A stretch of DNA of 64,000 nt from Macrostomum hystrix. Taxonomy: Eukaryota > Animalia > Platyhelminthes. Shown in pieces: positions 1-11,865 of this stretch. A program made the position numbers and the translations under genes. Under the pieces are notes generated by a model. That model did not search any database. It worked only from the letters and a program-made list of their open reading frames with translations, and was not told the DNA's origin. The stretch covers positions 31,124,001 to 31,188,000 of the forward strand of contig CATNEN010000038.1 in the NCBI GenBank assembly GCA_950097015.1. Reading direction: 5' to 3'. Position 1 is the first letter of the stretch. Each line of letters opens with the position of its first letter.

Positions 1-2580
1 AAGTTAAAGTTTCGTATCTATACCTACATGGATAATGATAGCTAGCAGCTTAAATAAGCTAAACCTTAATATTTTATAAGGCCCCAATTTTATTTTCTTT
101 TTTTAGCTAGCCAAACAAGAAATGGCAGAGGACAAACAAAATCTTATTTTTGACTTCCCATATTGGTCATTGATCAATTCATGCACTAAACAGGATATAT
201 GGTGACAGTCTTCAGCAAAAGTCTTTGTCAAAAGTGTTTTTGTAATTTATTGTTTTAATACTAATGTCATAATGTATTAAGGAGCCACAAAACATTCCAT
301 GCTGATATGTTAATTTTCTTAATTTAATTACTTATAATAAACTTTCACTATGTTATTTATGCTATAACAAAATCTAGGACCATTAAAAGAAGGAGGGGCA
401 CTTCACTTCATTTCTTACTTAATTTATTGAAGGCTGATTTTCACAGAAAAATGCTCTAGCAAGATAGTAACTTCTCACACTTTTCACATAAAAATGTTGA
501 TAACTTTTATTGGAAGCAGATCAAATGCTGTTCTGTAACATATCTTGCAAATTGTGGTGCTTCTATGAATTTTAGAAAGTAGGCTAATTCATACATGTAT
601 AATTGATCTTCATTTTTGGTTCATTTATCATGAAGCACAATACTTAGTCTATAACTATCTTATCACTAACTCTTTTAATTACTGTGGTACCCAAAAGCCA
701 AAGAGCCCAATGTGATTGGCCATCCTTTGTGGTGCTTGAGCGCTGAAGCTCTTTGTGGTTATACTTTGTAATACTTCATGATGCATATTGTCATATGTTA
801 ATTATATTGCCAAAAAATTTTCTTACTTTATACTTCCTATATCTTACTGTTGTTTATAATATATAAAAATAAAATACTTTTGACAGAAAGCCTTTTGACA
901 AAAAGACCTGGAATCGGATAGGGGCCTATATGACACATTATTAGGGCCTATCTAGTAACTAAAAAACTGAAACTCTTGCTTATTGTGTAGCTTTCATAAG
1001 TATAAAAACGAGCAGAACAAATATGCATATGGACGCTATGCCGCCTATGCAAACTATTTAAATAGTGATCTAAAAGGTCGAAGTTAAAGCCAATGAAAAT
1101 ACACAACAAAAAGTTTGTAATGGTCGAAAATAAACTAATTAATATAAATGCACTATTGCTTTATTTAGGCCTAGTTAAAAAACCAACACACTTAGCGACT
1201 AGGTACTGACTCATATAACTATACTGGCATATAAACTATCAAGGCAATACATTTTAAAATCAAATCTTTCAAGAAATAAAAATGCTTAACTGAATAAGAT
1301 ACATTTGTATCAACATTAACACTCCGCGACTCGAACCACCACTTAAAGAACTTCAACGCGCTAATAGCTTTGTTCTAAGAAAATAGTAAGATTAAAACTG
1401 TTGGAATAGCCCAAATTCTGAGATATTTAAGAGTAGTAAAACAGCCGCTTTCACAAAAACTCGTTTATGCTAAAAGCGATAAAAATTAGTTACACTTCCA
1501 TTTTTAATTTATAATGTATCTCTGAGATTTATGTGTAAAACTTTAATAGTTAGGGTGAGCTTAAATGTAGGTTTGTAGCTCACGCAATAATATGCTTGCA
1601 ATAGCCTTTCTTTTGATTTGCAAAAAGCATGCGCAGTGACTTGCATTATACACTTAGCATTAAAAGCTAAAGGCTAACATTAAAAGCTAAAGTTGTATTG
1701 AAAGATTAAAATTTCCTACCAGAACAAAAATATCACCCATGATTCACTGTTTGACAACTTTGACGGGCAGCATAACCTGCAGCTGTGTTGTCGGTGCACC
1801 GATCCAAAAAACCAGTGTTCTCTCTCTTTCGTGCTCCCAAAGCTGGTTCAGCTTGGTTCCATGGGCGCGGGACGTAATGCCGACACAATGGAGTGCAATC
1901 TAGGTCCGAGCACATAATAAAGATCATGATCGTATATTTATACTCGCTCATAAAGCGCGCCTCCCTAGCTGAACAACAAGGCTCCTCGCAGCCGAAAGTT
2001 AAATGTAGTGATGCCTCTGCAGTCTCTAACTCAAAAAGGTGCCTAAGGCATAGAAATGGCCGGGGAGAACCGGGCCATCGATCATCTCTCCGGAGTAACG
2101 TCGGCATGGATCCATGCACAGCTCTGATGTACTTTGGTAGCTTTAGGTGTGACTGTGTGGCCAAGTCCTGCAGGGACCAAGGGGAAAAGACCTTGCAGTA
2201 TTGTGAAAGATAGAACCTGCTATAGGCATGGCTGCCACCAGACACCTTCCGGACCGCACAACCGACTGACCCTGACGAAATGGATCTAGCTTCCGCTCTA
2301 GAAGAGTTCTAAAAAAACTACTTAATTATGCTCATGCATCCCCAAGGTCCATGGCCGGAAATATGGACTCCATGCGAGTTAATTTCCCAGGGAGTAGCAA
2401 GGGTCAGCAAGAGAGAGGACTTTTGCATAGGGGATTCTTAGAAATGCAACAAAGATGGAGGGCACAACACAAGGTCGAGAGTCACCAGGTCGAAACAGCC
2501 TTTGCCCTTTTCTTTACGGTTAAGTGTTAATTGCTCCAATCATTAGCTTGGTTCTAAGATTGATGAGAGTTCTACGAGAA

Positions 2581-5173
2581 GACTGATGGTAAGCAGTGCT
2601 TACCAAGGCCTAATTTTACTTCCTGCCGGCTTGAGTAGATAGAATTCTATGGTTAAATTGATATTATCGGTTCCTGCCTGCAGTGGTAAGCACAGCTTAC
2701 CGTGAATATTCTAGATTTTTTTCTGACAAGCATAAATTTTAATTTGTACATTCTTAATTATGTGTTGTTTGTACATCTCCTTTATAGCTTTTAGTTCAAA
2801 CATTCTATTTTATTCAAGAAGGCTCTGATAAATTTGAATTCCAATATCTTAACTTTCTCGTAGTATTGTAAAAATAACTAAAGAACAAAGAAGAGCATCG
2901 AAACAGCCGATACATCTGTCCAATCTAACTTACCAGCGCATACAGAGGGTACGACTGGTACACTATGCAGAAACTATAACTAGCAAAACTAGAATAAATA
3001 AATAATAGTCATTAACAAATTTAAGCTAAAGACAAGAGGCAAAACTGAAAACTTAAGTCAGTTTGAGTGTTAAGCTGGTCCATTCTGTCGATACTTCAAC
3101 GCTGCGAATGCCAACGTTGGAAGCAATCGAACAAACAAAGTCCCGGGCATCCTGGACATCGGCTGCAGAAATAAATTGTGCGCCGGGACCTGGCAGAACT
3201 GTAGCAAATTCTGCACCTTTTCGTAGGTCTGGGCTGGGCAGGACGACCTGGGATTTTCTCCGGAAAATGCTGCTCAACGACTGCAACTGAGCGCAGCATG
3301 GAAGCCGGTCGCTTCCTGCCATTTCCAGTTCGCTCTACTAACTCGCGGATGCTGGCTTCGAGATATTTGATGAAGGTATTCTGGCCACCACACTTGGAGT
3401 ACAGAACCCAAGCGTTGCGCACCATTTGAAGGCACATGTGCAAGCCCAGCTTGTGGAACAATTTTGTTGTTTTTCTGCCGGCGTCATAAGGCTGCAGGGT
3501 GCCGTCTAGCTTGTCCACACCACCCATGCAGCGATTGTAAGTTAAGACACTGCGGCTCTTCTGCACTGCCACATGTTGTCCAGCTCGATTGATCTTGACT
3601 TTCTCGGCCTTTGACGCAACGTCCTTCGTGTCCAGCAAATACACGGTCTTGACTCCACTCTGCTTCCTCTCGACAGCCTTCACAATTAGAACTCGTCCCT
3701 TCCTCACGAAAGCTACATTATTCGGAACCACCACAGCCTGCCGAAGCTGAGCCGGAACTCCTCGGTCTGGCCTCACGGTGCCCGTCAGGAACGTTGAATG
3801 GTCAATAAGGAACTGGGATAACCTGTATGATGTAAACCAGGTGTCGGTAAATATTCTGTACCCTTGGTCCAGAATGTCATTGGCCAGCTCAGCTACGATT
3901 CGCTCGCTGAGAGAAAGATTTACACAGTCCTGTGTGGAGCCGAACTTCCGATTTTCTTCTGGAGTTGAGTGCACTATGAAATTGAAGAGATAAGCAGACT
4001 TGGACTCACACAGACAGTACATCTTCATTCCGGACTTGGCCCGCTTTGTTGGAATGTACTGTTTAAAACGAAGTCGCCCCTTAAACAGTATCAAGGACTC
4101 GTCAATGCTCACTTCACACTCAGGCCTGTAGTTGTTCTTGCAATAAGCTTGCAGCATATTCATAAATGGACGAATCTTGAGTAGTGGATCTGCGCTTGCT
4201 TCTTCCCTGCTGTCGTAGAAGCGCAGAAATGTCAGCAGCTGCTTGAATCTATCGCGAGCTAACGCCTCGGGCTTCTGAAAGTATGGCATGCAGTGAAATT
4301 CATCTGTGCTCCAGTAGTCATGTAGCTCGGACTTTTTGTTCAGGCCCATGTACAGGTGCATGCCGACTAGCTTTTTCATCTCGCTTGCGGTGCAGTCCCG
4401 CCAGCTAGTCAAGATAGGTGGAAGGACGTCCGTCTCAGGATCCAGCTCCATCAGCATGGTGGCCACCTTGGCGTTCGTCCATTCAGCGAGACGTTGGAAA
4501 AGCTCATCAGAAAGGAACATTTGTAAAAATAAAGACTTATCCAGCTCAACATTGTCAGGAATTAAAACGTTAGGATTTAGGCCAGCAGTTCCGGTAAATT
4601 CAAAACTTTCTGTCCCTTCATCGGAGCCAGGCTCGACAAGCCGCCAAACATTCTCAACTTCAGCCGCTTCGCCATCTGCGAACTCCTGTCCTTCCTCGCC
4701 TTCAGGCTCTTCCATGATTGGAGGATTGCCATTCAGTGCGTCCTCGATGCCAACCTCCTCACCAGGCTCCTCGTCTATTGTTAAGTAGGAGTCGAGGCTC
4801 ACTTCACTGTCTGAGGCCATGTATTCGATCCCAGAGAGAGAAGCCATGTACTGCAGGTTTTCAGTGAGTACGCTCGTACTGAGAAATTTAGTGAGAAAAG
4901 ACTAACAAACAAGATGGTCAGAATATTATTGTAAGAAAGCTTGTCCTACTGTAAAGGGGACTTGCTGCGCACAGATTTCTATGGTAAGCAGCGCATACCA
5001 AGCAGGCAGCAAGTGAGACTGCTTTACTGGCTAAAGGCAGTAGTGCTGCTCATTTCCTTCCCGTCTAGTGCATCAGTTTAAGCCATGCTTGATTAGTAAG
5101 CCTAGCCGGCAGGAATGGGAGTGACATGCTATGCCAGAAAATATCTATGGTAAGCACTGCTTACCAAGCAGTC
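2581..5173 (-). mobile_element. piggyBac element body bounded by subterminal inverted repeats (exact termini not resolved)
   Basis: GACTGATGGTAAGCAGTGCTTACCA (2581-2605) is a near-perfect reverse complement of 5148-5173. TTCCTGCCGGCT (2620-2631) is the reverse complement of 5104-5115. No clean TTAA-flanked TIR pair was found. Confidence 0.6.
3096..4847 (-). CDS. piggyBac (PGBD-like) DDD transposase, 583 aa, apparently intact
   Basis: Uninterrupted ORF with the catalytic motifs VSIDESL, IFTDTWFTS and YNRCMGGVDKLD, the motif FKQYIPTKRAKSGMK, an acidic N-terminus and a C-terminal cysteine-rich domain (CRIC...CSRC...LC...CFQRWH). Confidence 0.95.
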   Translation of the reverse strand: MASLSGIEYMASDSEVSLDSYLTIDEEPGEEVGIEDALNGNPPIMEEPEGEEGQEFADGEAAEVENVWRLVEPGSDEGTESFEFTGTAGLNPNVLIPDNVELDKSLFLQMFLSDELFQRLAEWTNAKVATMLMELDPETDVLPPILTSWRDCTASEMKKLVGMHLYMGLNKKSELHDYWSTDEFHCMPYFQKPEALARDRFKQLLTFLRFYDSREEASADPLLKIRPFMNMLQAYCKNNYRPECEVSIDESLILFKGRLRFKQYIPTKRAKSGMKMYCLCESKSAYLFNFIVHSTPEENRKFGSTQDCVNLSLSERIVAELANDILDQGYRIFTDTWFTSYRLSQFLIDHSTFLTGTVRPDRGVPAQLRQAVVVPNNVAFVRKGRVLIVKAVERKQSGVKTVYLLDTKDVASKAEKVKINRAGQHVAVQKSRSVLTYNRCMGGVDKLDGTLQPYDAGRKTTKLFHKLGLHMCLQMVRNAWVLYSKCGGQNTFIKYLEASIRELVERTGNGRKRPASMLRSVAVVEQHFPEKIPGRPAQPRPTKRCRICYSSARSRRTIYFCSRCPGCPGLCLFDCFQRWHSQR

Positions 5174-5977
5174 GGAAACAGACAAATGATGGATTCTGGT
5201 TAGGCAGGAAGAGGTGCTGAGATGCTTTCTTGGATGCTTTAATTCACTCCTATAAAAGTGGTCCTTGATATAAACGTCTATTAATAAACAAACGTTTTTC
5301 TGTAAAAAAAATTTACGAAACTATTTTTCCTTTTAATAATTCACTCGAAAGGAATCCTTCTTTATTTAAAAAATAATTTGTTACTACTTCTAAAACATAG
5401 CGCTATTTTAAAATTAATAAAATATTTCTACATGTTCAATGATTTAGTAAAAAGAGAAGCTGTTTCAATAACGTGGAGTAAAATGGAGGAAGTACGTACG
5501 AGCTATTTAGGACTATAAAGATATGAAAAACATTTTGTGCACGAGGGAAGCAGGTGTTTGCGAGAGACAGCTAAAAAATGTATAGTAAACATGGTAATGA
5601 AGAAGACTTCCATGCCGCTAAAATTATTCGTGCTATATTTATTACTATAAATATGCATTACATGCTCTGTAAAATATCAAGTTAATTTTAAATCCAAATT
5701 TTCCCTCTCAGTTGATGAATCCGAGACACGTGAAAGTGAAAATTAAAAAAAACGAATGAAATTTCGGTAAAAAATACTCTAAAAGTTGTTGAGCTTTTTC
5801 TACTGCACGGCAGTCGTTTGTTTGCAACACAAACTTAATACTCACGACAGAGTACAGTATTTCCTAGAAATCAGACCCCTGTAAGCTATGTAAATACACC
5901 AGCCTCATAATCATAGCAAAGCAAACAGTTTCATTTTGTCATTAAATATGATCCGACCAGCACACAAAGTGCTTGGT

Positions 5978-6673
5978 TTAGTAGGCCCGGCTATCCAGAT
6001 AGCGGCGCCAGTAGTACGGAGGCCTGTAATAATAGTAGCTATTCCAGTAGGGCGGATAGTAGTACCGATCATAGTAGTAGGATGTCGGCGGCGGCGGCGG
6101 CAGCGGTGGCGGGGTCCTGCTAGATAGGGCGCCGTCATTGGTCGCGGCAGTCGTGACTCTGTTATCATCGGTTGCGGTGGCAGCCGCGGCGGAAGCGGCC
6201 CGCGGCGGCTCCTTCGCCGCAGCCGTCAGATCCGCCGACGAGGCGGAGCGGCCCAGCTTGCTGTCGTACTTTTTCAGGCCCTCCTCGTAGCCGCGCATGT
6301 AGTCCCGGTAATAACTGTCGTCGTAGTACAACCATGGCCGACGATAGTAGGGCCAGTCGGGCCAGTAGCCGGCGCGGTCGTACCACCTGTTGAATTTGCA
6401 CGATTGCTAATTAGCTGAAAGGAACAGGGAATAGCCGAGTGGGATTTGACAACGGACATTCTCATACCGATAGTAGTAGGGGTAGTCAAGGTCGGTGTAG
6501 TACGGTGGACGCCTGTAGGTGCCGTAGTGCCGGTTGCAGCAGTAGGGAAAGCCCACGAGATCGCAGCGCAGCTTCTCGACGGCCATCTTGTAGCGATAGT
6601 CGTCGGCGGCCTCGTCGGGGCCGGCTAGACGGCCCAGAGATGAGCTGCGCTTTAGACGGCTGCTGCTTGACAT
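5978..6673 (-). CDS. Two-exon Tyr/Arg/Pro-rich low-complexity protein (204 aa), function unknown; exons 6673-6468 and 6386-5978
   Basis: A GT..AG intron at 6467-6387 (81 bp) joins the two ORFs in frame (YYYR|WYDRAGYWPDWPYYRRPW). The spliced length is 615 nt, and the composition is GC-rich and coding-like. Confidence 0.8.
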
Positions 6674-7436
6674 GACGATTCAGTGCTGGAAGACCTAACC
6701 AGATGGCTGTATGGAGCGATGAAAAATGTGAGTCTATGCGAAGCGAGCTTTTAACGGGAGTCTAATAGTTTGAGAAAACTGAGACGGCGAGAGTGTTTAC
6801 GGACTCAGCAACTCGGTGCTTCGGGGTGAGCTGTGTGAGCTCTCTAGCCATGACGACGTCTTTACTCGAACCCAGTTTTCGATCTACTCCTTGCTCTCTT
6901 CAAATTGTCTTCTTTACTTTTCTGCGCCTGAGCTAGTCTCTAGCGTTTGAGCATACTCAAGCAAGCAAGAGCTAGAAGAGAGCTTCAGATGCTTAATTCA
7001 GTGCGCAAACCGCAGGTTGCTATACCTCGGAACAAGCTGCAACTTCTGCAAACACCACACAAGCACAATGGCATCCAACCCATCAAATGGCCTTCCCATA
7101 TAGATATGGCAGTAGCAGAGACCCGACAGTGTTGTGTGCTTTTTAGTGAGCTATAGTGAGTTTTTCAAGCCAGCATGGATGCATCAATTGTTGTCTCTTA
7201 TTTTCCATCTCAAGCTCTTATTTCTGTACTATTGTTCATATCCTAAGTAAGAAGAGCTAGTCGTTATATATGCATATTCGGCATCTCATTTAATTTGGTT
7301 TATAACCAGCATACTGTAGATGTAAATTGTTTTGCCTAATAGTCAAGCGAGACACCAAGACCTATCAAAGAATGCCTGTGGCACAGTACAGCGATTTGAA
7401 GCCGAAAATATGCTAATTTTCTATAAATCAAGCTGA

Positions 7437-7784
7437 CGGGGGTCGGTGGCAGAGCGGTTATCGCCTTTGCCTCTCGCACCACGGCGAGGCCACATTTATT
7501 TGGGGCGCAGCCGCGGAGAGAAGGCATGAGGGCTTGTCGTGCAATTTACAACCTTGAGGGCCAACCTCCAAGGCAAAGTGAAATGTACACTGCCTGCCGA
7601 TGAGAAAGTCGGGGCAGATGTACACACCTGTGTGAGCGTATGCCTGCGTACAGTATCTGTGTGCGTGTGTGCTCAGGTGTCAGCGAAATGGGCAGAATTG
7701 CCTCCTCGCTGGCTGCGGGTCTAGTGTTACCAAATGATGTGCCATTGCCCGCAGCCCTCCTGCAATTATTATTATATTATTAAA
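7437..7784 (+). mobile_element. SINE family A copy (tRNA-derived head, TTA-repeat tail)
   Basis: A-box-like GGTGGCAGAGCGG; near-identical to 28929-29295; (TTA)n tail; flanking duplication CAAGCTGA (7429-7436 / 7785-7792). Confidence 0.85.
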
Positions 7785-7921
7785 CAAGCTGAGCAAAAAA
7801 GAAAATTAAGAAAACCAATGCACTAAAACACATGCGCCTAAGGATAATTAGTGTCTGCCCTAGCTTCAGTCATGCAAGCATTCAGCCTATTGAGACCCCA
7901 GTAAAAAATTAAGAAACAAAT

Positions 7922-8195
7922 AATGTAGCCTAGTGGATAGAGCGTCGGACTCATGACTTGAAGGTCGGGGGTTCGATTCTTGGCTCTACTGAAATAATTT
8001 ATGCCCGTTAGCAAGACACTTCAACTCTGCATTGCTTCAGTTCACTTAGCATCACCAGCATCAGCTGAAGTATTTGAGGGTGAGTGTGGCATCCCCGAGT
8101 TCATGGACTGAACAGCTGGATGCAGCCCTCAGCTACAGCTTCGCTGTCGACTGCACAAATGGCCCAATCGTGCAGATTGTTATCAATTACAATTA
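7922..8195 (+). mobile_element. SINE family B copy (tRNA-like head plus CORE-like central domain)
   Basis: Box A (TAGCCTAGTGG) and box B (GGTTCGATTC), followed by TTAGCAAGACACTT...CAGTTCAC; homologous to 52225-52510, 50255-50535 and 54775-55000. Confidence 0.8.
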
Positions 8196-9237
8196 ATTTT
8201 TTTCGTACGATCGTCGTAGTTAAGGTAAATTATCTAGTTTCAAATATCAATAGTTATTGTTTAAAAAAGAAACAATGTAAGCAATATAATTAGATTGTAC
8301 TTTTTGAATCACATTCACAATGGGCTGAGCCATTTTATAATGTATTCCTTTTTTCGACAAAATTAAAAAAAACACAACTGCTTAAAGTAGTGGAAACGCA
8401 TGTGACGTTGTCTCTCTAATTTAATGTAATTTTAATATGCTAGTTAGAATTATGTACATTATTTTCGTTAGATATAATTGTTAGAGATATTTCTTTGGTT
8501 TTAAATTAATATTTATAATGAATTTGTTTTAGTATACTATATAGTCGTATTCAAATGTTCTAATTAGGCCTTTCCAGGAAGACTCTCTTCCCCCCCGTGC
8601 CTGGTTCTGGTTCTACGACTGAGTGCTGGCTATTATTTAAGTGTGGCTAATTTCAACTGTAGCCGTAACTGCTTTCAAGTGAATCTTGATTCATCTAACA
8701 TATCTCTAAGTCATATAGCCAGCATTCACCGTTAAGCGATCTCGTTATTTGAAGACCCAATTTACTGCCGAATGATAATTTACCTTACTGCTATTCAAAT
8801 AGATCGAACCGCTACGCCTATACATTGGGACCGAAACTTCGTCATACGCATTTTTAGGATGTGAATTTATTCTAGAATTTTTTCTAACTTCGATGTTCTG
8901 GAAAATGTCTGAACAGAACTAAATAGCTAATTTCTATTTTGAATAGCTAGTTATAGACAGATTAGAGAAAAAAGTTTATTTTTGGCAAAGATCTTCTATA
9001 TTCAAAGGATTTTCTATATATAATACTTATCAAGATGTTACAAATAAAAGTCCTTGTTAAAACAGATTTGGCAGAAATAATCTTGATAAATCATATCAAT
9101 TAGCAAATGCTGCGTCATTTTTAATCTCGTATGACTCATTGTACTCGTACTATTATCGACTTTGAAGGTCTTGCATTCGACCGCGTGTGCATTTTTGTAT
9201 AAGAATGCTTTAGATAACAGTGTTACACAGTATTCTG

Positions 9238-9814
9238 TGGGGTGTTTTACGAACTTGAGTTCAATCTTAAGATCAAACTTAGGATTGAGTTTAGGATCGA
9301 CGTGTTCTATGAAGATAAAAGTCGATCTTAGCTGGGATCCAACTTAGGTCTGACCTAAGGGAAGATAAGATCGAACTTGCGACTGGTGCGTTTTATCAAG
9401 AGAGACTGTCTATGTCTATGCAATGCAAAATAAACTCAACAAGAAGTACTATAAGCTGTGACCGTGTCTCTGGCTAAAATAAGGCATATATAAAACGGCT
9501 AAAGTTTGACGCCACTCGGAATTAGTCTATGGTCAACCCTATCTTAAACTTTCTCGTCCACAACCAAAGCTCGACCTTAGCTAAGATCGAGGTTAGAAGT
9601 GACTCCTAAGTGTTTGTAAAACACATTTATGGCTCAGTCTTAAGTTCGAGCCTAAGTTGGAACTTAGGAGTCAGTCTTAAGTTCGAGCCTAAGTTGGAAC
9701 TTAGGAGTCAGTATTAAGTTCGAGCCTAAGTTGGAACTTAGGAGTCAGTCTTCAGTTCGAGCCTAAGTTGGAACTTAGGAGTCAGTCTTAAGACGCAGTT
9801 CGTAAAGCACCCCC
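9238..9814. mobile_element. MITE, PIF/Harbinger-like (577 bp)
   Basis: TIRs GGGGTGTTTTACGAAC / GTTCGTAAAGCACCCC; 3-bp TSD CTG at 9235-9237 and 9815-9817; internal tandem unit of about 38 bp x4 (9634-9790). Confidence 0.8.
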
Positions 9815-10214
9815 CTGGATCGTAAGTCCAAGTGGAGGTACAACCGTACAAGGAACAACAGCGCGAGACTCCCGAAAACCGCCGGTGTTGATCCACCTGC
9901 ATGACAATCGCTGCAGTTAACTAAAGCCAATTTAGTAGCCCAATTTTATATCATTTTTTGGCAGCTCCCGCGAATGCTAACAGCGCTGGGTGGTGACTGA
10001 TTGGTTGACAGACTAGGCGATGGTGTCCTGTGGTTGAGCTGCGCCTAGTATTTCGGCTTGATCTGTGAAATTGTACAAATTCACGTCAGGGTGTCCATAG
10101 TGGCCTATGGCTATTTCCAACTGTTGTAGCCCTTGAAGGTCCAGAAAATCCGTCTCGATAAAGGTACGTAGGTGACAACCGAAGAGGGAGATGATGCAGG
10201 CACATTCGGGTGAC

Positions 10215-10460
10215 ATGCTAATAAATTTTGAAGGCCTAGCAAGGCCGCACTGAGGCGCAGTGCTAATTTGTGTATTGGGGTGTATGAAATACTCAAGCGC
10301 TTAAGGAAAAATCTGACCCTCGGCCAGAAACATTGAATATCTCGAAGATCTGAAGAGCTGCCCGCGACTTGATTCTTGATTCTGAAGATGCGCAACAAAA
10401 AGTAAGCCCGTGTTCTTGAGTTTCGTGTGCTTGCGCTTCTCCTTTCGCGTGCCCCCCTTG
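10215..10460. repeat. Copy of the interspersed foldback DNA-element family also present at 62755-63270
   Basis: 10220-10360 matches the reverse complement of about 62910-63050; 10300-10450 matches 63105-63250. Confidence 0.7.
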
Positions 10461-10480
10461 GTTGTACTGTAAATTCAAAA

Positions 10481-10796
10481 GGGGGTGCTATCACAAGGTC
10501 GAAATTTCACAATACACCAACGAGTATACCTTACGAGCTCGTATTAAACAGTAATAATTTCTAATCAGTTCACATGCATTACCAAAATGAAGTACTACAT
10601 ACTCAGAGCTTTTGTCCCATGCTGGAAATAGATACACAAATAAAACAATCGAATATTGATAGCTTTTGGGTTTGTCTTCAATTTTAACTGCCGCACTCTG
10701 GACTGCCATAATATTAGACGAGTAGTGAATTTACCTCGGATTTCTTGTGCTGAAACAATTGCGACGTTGTGAAATTTCGAGCTTGTGAATCCCCCC
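10481..10796. mobile_element. MITE (316 bp) with ~30-bp TIRs and 7-bp TSD
   Basis: GGGGGTGCTATCACAAGGTCGAAATTTCACAA ... TTGTGAAATTTCGAGCTTGTGAATCCCCCC, flanked on both sides by TTCAAAA (10474-10480, 10797-10803). Confidence 0.8.
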
Positions 10797-11284
10797 TTCA
10801 AAAGGTGAAAGTGTATAAGGGAATGGCATTTTCAGAGCTAATTTTCATGAACTATAGCCTTCTAAAATAAATATCTGACCTGCAAGTCGGAAGCAGCATT
10901 ATTTCTCTTTTTGCTATTTTCGGCAATGAACACTCTATTCTGCATGCTCTATATAATGGATTTTTTAAAGCGAGTAAGGAAAATTGAGATATTGATGAGA
11001 TATATTGCCACCTGAGTTGCTATCAGGTGTCAGTAAAAATGGCGTGAACCTTGAAATTTGTCTTTTTTTAGTCAAAGCGTACGATACATAATCCAGTATC
11101 ATGCAGAGGCTTAACTCTATAGAGTCTAAGGTTTCGAGTCGGCTTAAGCTGCACTACTGCCTGAAAACCGAATGTGTAAATGTGAGTTAACGTTACCTTT
11201 AACTCGAGACAGTATTTTTAGCTATGACTGTGAAAAATTGCCCCTAAATAGCCTTTAGTCTGTACATCTGAGTATAGACTATTG

Positions 11285-11435
11285 AGTTTCTCATCGTCAG
11301 GCAGTGTACACTGTCACTGTGCCTTGGAGGTTGGACCTCATGGGCGTAAATTGCACGACAAGCCCATAAGCCTTCTCTCCGACGCTGCGCCCCGAATAAA
11401 TGTGGCCTCGCCGCGGAATCGAGCTCAGGGTCACA
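11285..11435 (-). mobile_element. SINE family A, partial copy
   Basis: Reverse-complement match to about 28985-29130. Confidence 0.75.
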
Positions 11436-11865
11436 CTTGCTTCTAGTCTTAACTGTACAAACAAAATATTAAAAATTATTATTTAAATTATTGAAAATTA
11501 TTAGAATATTATTTATTCACTGCCTTTTCCTACTTCTTAATCCTATTAATATTTCTGACGATGCACCTATAGAAATGCAAAACGTGTCGGTAATTTAAAA
11601 TGTTCAATACAGGATTCCTATTCATACTATTCGGCGAACGATCAAACGATTCTTTCCTGCAGATTTATAAACTTAATTATTCGATTCACAGCTGCAGCGA
11701 TCAGCAAACTTCAGAGAACGGGTCACATGCGACCCTCGAAATGCTTCCAAATCGGGACGCCCCTAAACAACGCCAGCTCTACACTAAAAAGATCTCTCTC
11801 GTTCCTCATCTCACTTATATCATCGCCCCAGCCTCATCTCTGTATTGTCGCATCTGTTTTTTCCA

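Noticed and set aside
7922-7990. tRNA-like sequence with a CAT triplet in the anticodon position
   Set aside because: It is the head of SINE family B, continues into the SINE body, and has a poor acceptor stem.
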